From: an uncultured Methanosarcinales archaeon | Lineage (GTDB): Archaea; Nanobdellota; Nanobdellia; Woesearchaeales; ARS49 | NCBI GenBank assembly: GCA_964362535.1 | Contig: CAYIEN010000001.1 | Location: forward strand, 16,271 to 80,270 | Length of the DNA stretch: 64,000 nucleotides | Direction: 5' to 3' | In this document: piece by piece, positions 54,007 through 60,941 of the stretch | Layout of the letters: the number at the start of each line of letters is the position of its first letter | Position numbering within the stretch: the stretch's first letter is position 1 | Notes under the pieces: model-generated | Databases searched by the model: none | The model's input: the letters and a program-made list of their open reading frames with translations, nothing else | What the model was told of the DNA's origin: nothing | Made by a program: the position numbers and the translations under genes

Positions 54007-54364
54007 TCCCAAACTGAAAAATCCTGCAGCTTTAGACATTCTTTTGAAAAACCTTTGCGAAGGTAGACTTGTTTCAATTTATGGTACGTTTGCAGTCGAA
54101 CGTTCTCGTGTTGCAGATGATCATGTGGTGCCTGTTTTATCATATGAAGGGATTCTTGAGATGTCCTATAATGCCAAGGATAAACTTGTTATTGCGGAAG
54201 CATATGGTGGTAAAACATTTTCTTTCTCGGCAGAAGCACCAATGATGCCCGAACGTAGCAATAATGATATTCGCGTTTCATTACCGCTGTTGCGGTACGT
54301 GAATGGGAGTTTCAATCCTCAGCCACATTGGATCCGCATCACCCCTAAATTAGTAAACGAATAA
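53999..54364 (+). CDS. Hypothetical protein (121 aa)
   Basis: The ORF overlaps the pcn stop by 8 nt. No motif was recognised. Confidence 0.35.
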   Translation: MIDPKLKNPAALDILLKNLCEGRLVSIYGTFAVERSRVADDHVVPVLSYEGILEMSYNAKDKLVIAEAYGGKTFSFSAEAPMMPERSNNDIRVSLPLLRYVNGSFNPQPHWIRITPKLVNE

Positions 54365-54436
54365 GCAACCGTGTTCAGCTCTGCGTGTGGAAAATAATCA
54401 AGCTATCCCGAAACGTTCCGCATTCTTCTTAATGTT

Positions 54437-55180
54437 TTATCGCAGTGACTCAATCGTTGTGAGCAACAATTTCTTCATTTTGTCAGCGTTCTGATGGAAA
54501 ATGTGCAGAATTTCATCCCACGAAACAGGCTTTTCATCCGTCTTCCAACAGTCATAGTCAGTCGACATTGCTATCGCCGCGTACTCAAGACCTGCTTCGC
54601 GCGCAAGTGTGGCTTCCGGCGCAATGCTCATATTGATTACATCAGCGCCCCAGGAACGGAACATGTGCGATTCTGCACGCGTGCTGAACCTCGGACCCTC
54701 AATTGTCACCACCGTCCCTTTCGGATGATGTTTAATTGCAAGACGCTCACACGCGTTAATGAGCGCTGCCCGCAACGATGCCGAAAACGGATCTGCAAGA
54801 CTAACGTGCACCGGACCCGAAGAAAATGTTTCGTGAAACGTAATGCTCCGATGGCGTGTAAAATCAATGAATTGGTCAAGAATCACGAAATCTCCGCGAC
54901 CTATTTCCTCTCTTAATGATCCGACAGCGGTCGTGGCAAGCACGTGCGTGCAGCCTTCTGATTTCAGTGCGTGAATGTTTGCGCGGTAATTCACTTGCGT
55001 CGGTGGCAATTCGTGTTTTTTTCCGTGACGCGCAAGAATACAAACCTCCACCCCCGCAAGCGTGCCGCAGGTAAGCGTAGACGAAGGCATGCCAAACTGT
55101 GTGGTCACGGCCTTTTCTGTGTGATTTTGCAACAGTTTCGGGTCATCCAAACCAGAACCACCAATAATGCCGATTTTCAT
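54437..55180 (-). CDS. mtnP: S-methyl-5'-thioadenosine phosphorylase / purine nucleoside phosphorylase
   Basis: MKIGIIGGSGL...ARHG..H..PP..VNYRANI.AL...G....L...AVGSL pattern in a 247-aa protein. Confidence 0.8.
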   Translation of the reverse strand: MKIGIIGGSGLDDPKLLQNHTEKAVTTQFGMPSSTLTCGTLAGVEVCILARHGKKHELPPTQVNYRANIHALKSEGCTHVLATTAVGSLREEIGRGDFVILDQFIDFTRHRSITFHETFSSGPVHVSLADPFSASLRAALINACERLAIKHHPKGTVVTIEGPRFSTRAESHMFRSWGADVINMSIAPEATLAREAGLEYAAIAMSTDYDCWKTDEKPVSWDEILHIFHQNADKMKKLLLTTIESLR

Positions 55181-56163
55181 GCAATCACCTTTTTAGCGTT
55201 TTTTTGAATATTCTGGTCATTCGGGAACTTCTTCATCGCGATTTCTAGTAGATTTTTTGCGTCTTGCTTTCGTCCCGCATTCGCATACAATACTGCGAGA
55301 TTATTAATTGCCTGCGGCGCGTTCGGAGAATCAGGATTGTTTGTAATGCTTTGTTCATACGCAATTATTGCGTCATCACTCTTTCTCAGTTCTAACAAAA
55401 CACCTGCAATCACGAACCAGACATTTTTGTATTTCGGATCAATATCTGCAGCCTTTTTGAAATAGAAAAAAGATTCTTCTAATTTACGTTGGTCGTGTCT
55501 AAATTGGCCTGCGAGGTATAATGAACGAACGTTTTTCGGATCTTCTTGCACCTGCTTGAACACCAGCCACGCGTAATATCTCTGCTTGTGCTTCAGATTT
55601 GTCGTCGTGAGAATGCCATAATGATGCACTGGAATATTTGCGTCTTCCAGTTTGCCTTTACCTGCTTCAACACTCGGCTCAATCATTTCGTGAACACGAT
55701 GTTGGTATCGGTAGCCTTTATTTTTAAACAACCGTGCAAGTTTAATCGGTCTGTATGCGGTCGCGCCCATTGTTGCTTCATTTGCGGCGCATGAGACTGC
55801 CCCAGGTTCGAGCGCTTTCACATAATTTCTCAATTCGAGTTTGTATGCGTCAGCACTACCTTTCTCTATCAGTTGTTTGAGTTTTTTGAAATCTTCCGGC
55901 AGAATGACCTCATCAGCATCAAGCACTACAATCCAATCTTTCGATGCTTTTTCTAACGCTAAGTTTTTTGCTTTGGAGAAATGATGATCCCATGGCTGGT
56001 GCAATATGATGGCTCCGAACGATTCAGCAATCTTTACGCTGTCATCTGTGCTTCCAGTATCAACAATAATGATTTCGTCAACAAACGGCTGTGCCGCAGC
56101 CAATGAGATGGGAAGCCAACGAGCTTCATCACGAACAATCATGCATAAGGACAGTGTGGCCAC
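55177..56163 (-). CDS. Family-2 glycosyltransferase fused to C-terminal TPR repeats
   Basis: LSLCMIVRDEA..L......A.PFVDEIIIVDTGSTD and DADE motifs, with TPR-like repeats in the last ~120 aa. Confidence 0.7.
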   Translation of the reverse strand: MATLSLCMIVRDEARWLPISLAAAQPFVDEIIIVDTGSTDDSVKIAESFGAIILHQPWDHHFSKAKNLALEKASKDWIVVLDADEVILPEDFKKLKQLIEKGSADAYKLELRNYVKALEPGAVSCAANEATMGATAYRPIKLARLFKNKGYRYQHRVHEMIEPSVEAGKGKLEDANIPVHHYGILTTTNLKHKQRYYAWLVFKQVQEDPKNVRSLYLAGQFRHDQRKLEESFFYFKKAADIDPKYKNVWFVIAGVLLELRKSDDAIIAYEQSITNNPDSPNAPQAINNLAVLYANAGRKQDAKNLLEIAMKKFPNDQNIQKNAKKVIA

Positions 56164-56224
56164 AAAATTGCAGGTCTGTATTCTGTTTAAAAAGATTGCT
56201 AAGAAAACAGATAAGAAAAAACAA

Positions 56225-56593
56225 TCACTCTAGCGACGTCAACTTGCCTTCAATCTTCGCCAATTCATCTTCCAACACTTGAATTTTGGTTTTTCTTTGT
56301 TGGGCTTCCTTCTTCATCGGCTTGGAAACAGGCTGATCAGAGTGTTCCGGTCGTTCTACGCGCGCTTTGATAGCGTGCGCAGGCATCAAACTCTTGACCT
56401 TGTTCATAATCATCTTAATCGCGAGAAGACGTTTCTTCAATTCCATCAAACGCATTTCCTTTTCTGCGCGAATGTTTTTGACGTGCTCATGGCGCTTCAT
56501 GCAGTCGAGCACATCCTTCTGGCACATTAACAAATCTCGACGCAACTCTTTTGGCGAGTGAATGCCTGCATAAAAGGGATGGTCAGTTTTCAT
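56225..56593 (-). CDS. Coiled-coil protein (122 aa), third of three
   Basis: Heptad-rich, basic central region. ATGA overlap with the upstream gene. Confidence 0.5.
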   Translation of the reverse strand: MKTDHPFYAGIHSPKELRRDLLMCQKDVLDCMKRHEHVKNIRAEKEMRLMELKKRLLAIKMIMNKVKSLMPAHAIKARVERPEHSDQPVSKPMKKEAQQRKTKIQVLEDELAKIEGKLTSLE

Positions 56594-56814
56594 ACATCAG
56601 GTTCCAACAACAACTTGTCTGCTTCATCGAGCTTGCTTTCCATCTCGCCCAAGCTGTTCTGCCAAGCCTCAAGCTCGGCATCTTCTTGTGCTTTGAGGTC
56701 ATGCACTCTGTTGAGCACGGCTTTTGCTTTCTGAATTTCTTCTCGTGCCAAGTTCATCACATCAGTGATTTCTCGGTACTCATCGAGTTTGACAAATACA
56801 GGCATATCTCCCAT
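56590..56814 (-). CDS. Coiled-coil protein (74 aa), second of three; paralog of the C-terminal domain of 56819..57232
   Basis: MPVFVKLDEYREI......L..V.DLKAQEDAELEAWQNSL.....KLDEADKLLLEP parallels PLFVGVQDYQQL......L.DIKTAQDKALEDWHAVL.....KLSYVDDVLFE. The start at MGDM (56814) is preceded by GAGAGGT. Confidence 0.5.
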   Translation of the reverse strand: MGDMPVFVKLDEYREITDVMNLAREEIQKAKAVLNRVHDLKAQEDAELEAWQNSLGEMESKLDEADKLLLEPDV

Positions 56815-56818
56815 TGTT

Positions 56819-57232
56819 TTACCTCTCAAACAGCACATCATCGACATAGGAAAGCTTTTTCTGCACATTACCGAGCACGGCATGCCAGTCTTCAAGCGCC
56901 TTGTCCTGAGCTGTTTTGATATCGCTTAATTTTTTGAACGAATCATCTGTTTCTGCAAGCTTGCCTTTGATGGAGGCAACGCTGTTGAGCAATTGTTGAT
57001 AGTCTTGAACGCCAACAAACAACGGACCCTTTCGTGCAGGTCGGTGGTGTTCTTCTTCGTGTTCTTCCGGCATCGGTTCGAAATCGTGATGCTGTTCCAT
57101 CTGCGGCTCCTCAATCTCTTGAGGCTGTTCGTCAAACGGTTCCGGCATTGGCGGAAGCTCCGGCATTTCGGGCATCGGAGGCGGTGGCAAGTCCATCCCT
57201 GTGTCTTTTTTCTTAAAAGAGAATAATCCCAT
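56819..57232 (-). CDS. Coiled-coil protein (137 aa) with amphipathic N-terminus and Pro/Glu-rich linker, first of three
   Basis: MGLFSFKKKD, then PPPPMPEMPELPPMPEPFDEQPQEIEEPQMEQHH, then the conserved helical domain. Confidence 0.55.
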   Translation of the reverse strand: MGLFSFKKKDTGMDLPPPPMPEMPELPPMPEPFDEQPQEIEEPQMEQHHDFEPMPEEHEEEHHRPARKGPLFVGVQDYQQLLNSVASIKGKLAETDDSFKKLSDIKTAQDKALEDWHAVLGNVQKKLSYVDDVLFER

Positions 57233-57338
57233 GTTCGCGGTAACCCCCTGTTACCTAAATCTCTCTTAAAGTGCATTAAAAACTTTGTTTCGCATTTGCG
57301 AGTAGTGAAAGCGCAAAATTTCCGGAATTTCTTAGGTA

Positions 57339-57545
57339 ATGCTTATGAACGATTCTAACTCTTATTCATGCATGAGCATTGTGATTCCTTTGACGTTAGA
57401 AGTGCTTGGAGATACTCCGACCGGCATGAGTGTTATTGACTCCAGTCCTGTGCCTTTGAAATGGATTCTTTTGGTTACTGTGGGCATTGCACTCGTTGTG
57501 TTCATCTGGCGCAAGCGAGATAGTTTTATATATCACCAAACCTGA
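57339..57545 (+). CDS. Possible small membrane protein (68 aa)
   Basis: The single C-terminal TM helix WILLVTVGIALVVFIW is the only support. Confidence 0.25.
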   Translation: MLMNDSNSYSCMSIVIPLTLEVLGDTPTGMSVIDSSPVPLKWILLVTVGIALVVFIWRKRDSFIYHQT

Positions 57546-57571
57546 AACTTTACCATTCAAAGAGGTGTTTT

Positions 57572-57820
57572 ATGCGAGCGCAAGGAATCTCAATCAATGT
57601 CATCGTTGTCGCGGCAATCGCGCTACTCGTTTTAGTCGTATTGTCCGTTGTGTTCTTGGGCCGCTTCGGCGTCTTCACCGCACAATCAGCTGACTGTTCG
57701 AACAAAGGCGGTTCCTGTACCACGGGTGCGTGTCCTACTGGAACCTCAGAATATTCTGCCTGGAATTGTGCTGACACTGCAGGCGGCGCACGACAAGCAT
57801 GCTGTATCGCGGTGCAATAA
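57572..57820 (+). CDS. Small six-Cys pilin-like protein 1 (82 aa)
   Basis: MRAQ-GISINVIVVAAIALLVLVVLSVVFLGRFGVF followed by C-x6-C-x4-C-x11-C-x10-CC. AGAGGTG lies upstream of the ATG. Confidence 0.7.
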   Translation: MRAQGISINVIVVAAIALLVLVVLSVVFLGRFGVFTAQSADCSNKGGSCTTGACPTGTSEYSAWNCADTAGGARQACCIAVQ

Positions 57821-57821
57821 C

Positions 57822-58079
57822 ATGCATACGCGTGGACAAAGTATGTCTATTAACGTCATCGTTATTACCGCGATAGCTTTGATTGTACTGATTGTTCTCG
57901 TTGTTGTATTGACTGGCCGCGTTCAGATATTCGGCAAAGGACTCGGCACGTGTAGAGGCACTTGCATGACCTCGCCTGCCTCTTGCACCGGTTCTGCGAT
58001 TCCAACACCGCACTGCGACGACGGCGGCAAAACGGCAGTCATCCCTGGCGACGGCTATTGTTGCGTCGCTACATCATGA
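57822..58079 (+). CDS. Small six-Cys pilin-like protein 2 (85 aa)
   Basis: MHTRGQ-SMSINVIVITAIALIVLIVLVVVLTGRVQIF followed by C-x3-C-x6-C-x9-C-x14-CC. It starts 1 nt after the previous stop. Confidence 0.7.
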   Translation: MHTRGQSMSINVIVITAIALIVLIVLVVVLTGRVQIFGKGLGTCRGTCMTSPASCTGSAIPTPHCDDGGKTAVIPGDGYCCVATS

Positions 58080-58336
58080 CACGCGGCGAAATGTCCATTG
58101 GGATAGTAGTTGCTCTGGCTCTCGGACTGATAATTCTCTTGATTCTGTTAGGCGTCGTGGTTAGTCGTGTCGGCATCTTCGGTAAAAGTAGCGAGAATGT
58201 CGCCGCCGACGCAAACGCAGGACTCTGTTTTGGCAAAGGACAATGCATCGCAAAAGAACTTCCCTGCACAACACCCGTTTCAGGCATGCCCATCAGCGGC
58301 TGGACTGACTGTTCCGGCACCTGCTGCAAACCATAA
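58076..58336 (+). CDS. Small six-Cys pilin-like protein 3 (86 aa)
   Basis: MTRGE-MSIGIVVALALGLIILLILLGVVVSRVGIF followed by C-x5-C-x6-C-x14-C-x3-CC. ATGA overlap. Confidence 0.7.
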   Translation: MTRGEMSIGIVVALALGLIILLILLGVVVSRVGIFGKSSENVAADANAGLCFGKGQCIAKELPCTTPVSGMPISGWTDCSGTCCKP

Positions 58337-58367
58337 GTATTTATAGCAAATTCTGATAGGTTTACTC

Positions 58368-58484
58368 ATGAAAAGAGGGCAGGCAACAGAACACCTGGTG
58401 AATATACTGCTTCCACTCATCTTTTTTTTAGGGCTCCTTGCACTCGTTGCCTACATCATTTTCTCGCATAGAGGTGCTCCTTGA
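58368..58484 (+). CDS. Mini-pilin-like peptide (38 aa), absent from the ORF track
   Basis: My translation is MKRGQATEHLVNILLPLIFFLGLLALVAYIIFSHRGAP. ATTTATAG is centred ~26 nt upstream of the ATG. Its stop overlaps the next start (TTGA). Confidence 0.45.
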   Translation: MKRGQATEHLVNILLPLIFFLGLLALVAYIIFSHRGAP

Positions 58485-59212
58485 AAGGCATGGCCGAAGC
58501 GGCGCTTGTAGCGGTTATCTTAGCGGTGGCTGCAGGCTTAATTATTGGAGGCGTTGCTGTTTCTTTTGTTGCGAACTCAAAAAATGTAATTAACAAAGAA
58601 GCGTGTCGAGCGAACGTGTTTGCAGCAGCCAAAGACCCAACCAGAACATTTCAAGTCAATCAATGTTATACCAAAGAAGCAGGCACTTTATCAAAATCAG
58701 ACGACCCCGATAACGTCATTTTGAAAAACGTTGCAGATTTAGTGCAAGAATGCAAGTATCAGTTTGATGACGGTTCTCCTGACAGTATGCCTTGGAGCAG
58801 AGATTTTGCAACAGAGTCTCGCATTTGTTTTGTTTGTTCCACATTTCAACCACAACGGGCCGTTGTGAAAACAGCACTTGCCACCTGGATGGAAAATAAT
58901 GTTCTCGGTGCGAAATCATATATGGAATATGTGAAGCCAAGTTTATTCCTTACTGATCCAAACGCATTATTTTTGAGCGCAGACAGAAAATCAGAAACAG
59001 TATCAGCATTACCTTATCTTTACCCCGAAATACCCTACTCCGTTATTAGCATTACACATTCGGATTCAACACTAAGTTATGCCGTCGGTAAAACTGATAT
59101 GTTCATAGGAACAAGCGATAAATCAGATGCTCGTGACTATACTCATATCTCCATAATGAAAAGTTCTGAACTTGGAGAGTTCTGCGACATCACTTTCTTG
59201 AGGTATCCGTAA
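58481..59212 (+). CDS. Class III signal-peptide (pilin-like) protein, 243 aa
   Basis: The TTG start gives MKG-MAEAALVAVILAVAAGLIIGGVAV. The Cys-containing globular domain is paralogous to 59213..59821. Confidence 0.6.
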   Translation: MKGMAEAALVAVILAVAAGLIIGGVAVSFVANSKNVINKEACRANVFAAAKDPTRTFQVNQCYTKEAGTLSKSDDPDNVILKNVADLVQECKYQFDDGSPDSMPWSRDFATESRICFVCSTFQPQRAVVKTALATWMENNVLGAKSYMEYVKPSLFLTDPNALFLSADRKSETVSALPYLYPEIPYSVISITHSDSTLSYAVGKTDMFIGTSDKSDARDYTHISIMKSSELGEFCDITFLRYP

Positions 59213-59821
59213 ATGGAAAAAATGATTGTAGAAATCGCGCTGATGCTCTCCATTATTGTTGTTTTCGCGTTTGTTGGACCAATTCTTGTTGAAAAAGGAA
59301 AAGCATACTTTGATGGCCAAGACTGCCAAACAAGCATTGACCGTGCAATACAGTTGCACCAAGCCGCAACCGTCTTCAGTAGCAAAATCACGTGTCCCAC
59401 CCAAGAATATTCTTTTGCAGGAACTGATGACCAAATAAAAGCATCTGTTGCCGATGCACTTGAAAAATGCTGGTCACGATGGCACGAAGGAACTACATCT
59501 GCGTTTTCCGGCGATGGCGTGTTTTGCGATGTCTGCGCTCGCTTTGCCGCTTCAGGAAACAAAAAAATAACGGGCATGCATCAATACCTTCGAGATACAC
59601 CTGCTAAAAAAGGCGGATCACTTTACGATTATTTGTCCACTCCTGCTGGTGAAATAAAAACGGCAGTTCCCGATACATTTACAACAGATAAGCAGCAAGC
59701 CGTTGTTTTCACCTATCTGCAATACGTTGATTCAGGCGTATCAGGCGCAGGAGTCCGTTTTTCACGTCATGATGAAGGTTGGAGTACAAGTTGCACCGCA
59801 TACCCGATCAGCCAACAATAA
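59213..59821 (+). CDS. N-terminally anchored protein (202 aa), paralog of 58481..59212
   Basis: MEKMIVEIALMLSIIVVFAFVGPILV. It shares the C(K/W)...(I/F)C.VC..F pattern with the upstream gene and abuts the upstream stop. Confidence 0.6.
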   Translation: MEKMIVEIALMLSIIVVFAFVGPILVEKGKAYFDGQDCQTSIDRAIQLHQAATVFSSKITCPTQEYSFAGTDDQIKASVADALEKCWSRWHEGTTSAFSGDGVFCDVCARFAASGNKKITGMHQYLRDTPAKKGGSLYDYLSTPAGEIKTAVPDTFTTDKQQAVVFTYLQYVDSGVSGAGVRFSRHDEGWSTSCTAYPISQQ

Positions 59822-59873
59822 GCATTCATTTTCCAACCATAGAGTTTATAAATAAAAAGGAGCATAAAACAGC

Positions 59874-60008
59874 ATGAACAAAAGAGGGATGGATTTTAAC
59901 CAGCTGATGATGCTCGTGCTCGCTTTGGTTGCACTTGTTGTTGGCATTCTGCTTTTGACCGGCTGGGGCAAAGATATCATGATGTCCATCGGAGGAGTCT
60001 TCGGATGA
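59874..60008 (+). CDS. Mini-pilin-like peptide (44 aa), absent from the ORF track
   Basis: My translation is MNKRGMDFNQLMMLVLALVALVVGILLLTGWGKDIMMSIGGVFG. TTTATAAA is centred ~26 nt upstream of the ATG. ATGA overlap with the next gene. Confidence 0.45.
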   Translation: MNKRGMDFNQLMMLVLALVALVVGILLLTGWGKDIMMSIGGVFG

Positions 60009-60253
60009 AAGGAGCCTCTTTCTTAATGCAAATGGTCGTCTTCGCGGTTATTGCGCTTGTCGGAGCGTCAGTTTACATTCTTGTCATTCATCCGCGCATC
60101 TTTCAAGCAGCGGACTTAGTCAAAGCATCATGCGAAAAAAATCAGGCAATCACCGAATCCTGTATCTGCTTCGGTAGTCGAGTTGACGCGCGTAGTCCGC
60201 CGCTCTATTGTTGCTCAAATGGCATCAAAGTAAACCCCTGCGTGACCCCATGA
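60005..60253 (+). CDS. Small six-Cys pilin-like protein 4 (82 aa, divergent Cys spacing)
   Basis: MKG-ASFLMQMVVFAVIALVGASVYILV with six Cys, including a CC pair. Confidence 0.6.
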   Translation: MKGASFLMQMVVFAVIALVGASVYILVIHPRIFQAADLVKASCEKNQAITESCICFGSRVDARSPPLYCCSNGIKVNPCVTP

Positions 60254-60486
60254 AACGAGGAATGGAAACAATACAACTTGTTGTAAGTTTAGTCATTGGT
60301 TTAGTTGTTCTTCTCTTAGTTATTGGTATCATTTCAGGCAAACTCGGCGGATTCGCAAAAGCAACCACGTGCACCGGACAAGGAAGTACCTGCATCGCGC
60401 GCACCGAAGAATGCCCAGAAAATACCTTAGCTCCCATTAGCACATCAGACTGCCAAGGAACAAACCATTGCTGTCTCGCACGGTGA
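60250..60486 (+). CDS. Small six-Cys pilin-like protein 5 (78 aa)
   Basis: MKRGM-ETIQLVVSLVIGLVVLLLVIGIISGKLGGF followed by C-x6-C-x6-C-x12-C-x5-CC. ATGA overlap. Confidence 0.7.
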   Translation: MKRGMETIQLVVSLVIGLVVLLLVIGIISGKLGGFAKATTCTGQGSTCIARTEECPENTLAPISTSDCQGTNHCCLAR

Positions 60487-60491
60487 ACAAC

Positions 60492-60941
60492 ATGAACAAA
60501 AGAGGAATGAGTCTCGGACTTGAATTAACAGTTGTAGCCATCGCAGCGCTCGTTGTCGTCGCAATCTACTTCATCATCATCGGCAACACCAGCTCAAGTT
60601 TTCAGTCAGGCATTAGCCAAGTCATACCAAACGCAATGGAATTACAAGTCAAGCGTTGCACGGATTTACAAATTACTACAGCGATACCAGACACGGACAA
60701 AGACGGCCTTGCCGACATTTGCGACCTGTGCATTTCACCAAGCACTGCAGATACAGATGGCGACTACATGCCTGATGTTTGCGACAGACACATCGACTCA
60801 AAAACACGCGAACACGTACCTGACACGTCACCCGTTACTGCCTGTTGCGGAAAAGGCAAATCAACCTGTGATGACATCCTGCGCAATGGCCGCAACTTCC
60901 AATGCAGTTCAACCGAACCAACTCCCGTGCCTGTAAAATGA
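60492..60941 (+). CDS. Class III signal-peptide protein with thrombospondin-type-3-like Ca-binding repeats (149 aa)
   Basis: MNKRGM-SLGLELTVVAIAALVVVAIYFIIIG, then DTDKDGLADICDLC and DTDGDYMPDVCD. Confidence 0.65.
   Translation: MNKRGMSLGLELTVVAIAALVVVAIYFIIIGNTSSSFQSGISQVIPNAMELQVKRCTDLQITTAIPDTDKDGLADICDLCISPSTADTDGDYMPDVCDRHIDSKTREHVPDTSPVTACCGKGKSTCDDILRNGRNFQCSSTEPTPVPVK

Noticed and set aside
57061-57076. GGTTCGAAATC string resembling a tRNA T-loop
   Set aside because: It lies inside the well-supported coding region 56819..57232 (antisense to it). The flanking bases do not form a T-stem or an acceptor stem.
56819-57232. 137-aa protein as archaeal SepF or an ESCRT-III/CdvB-like protein
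   Set aside because: The amphipathic N-terminus plus linker is SepF-like in layout. The C-terminal domain is all-helical coiled coil, without the alpha/beta SepF core pattern. No Snf7-like helical hairpin motifs were recognisable.
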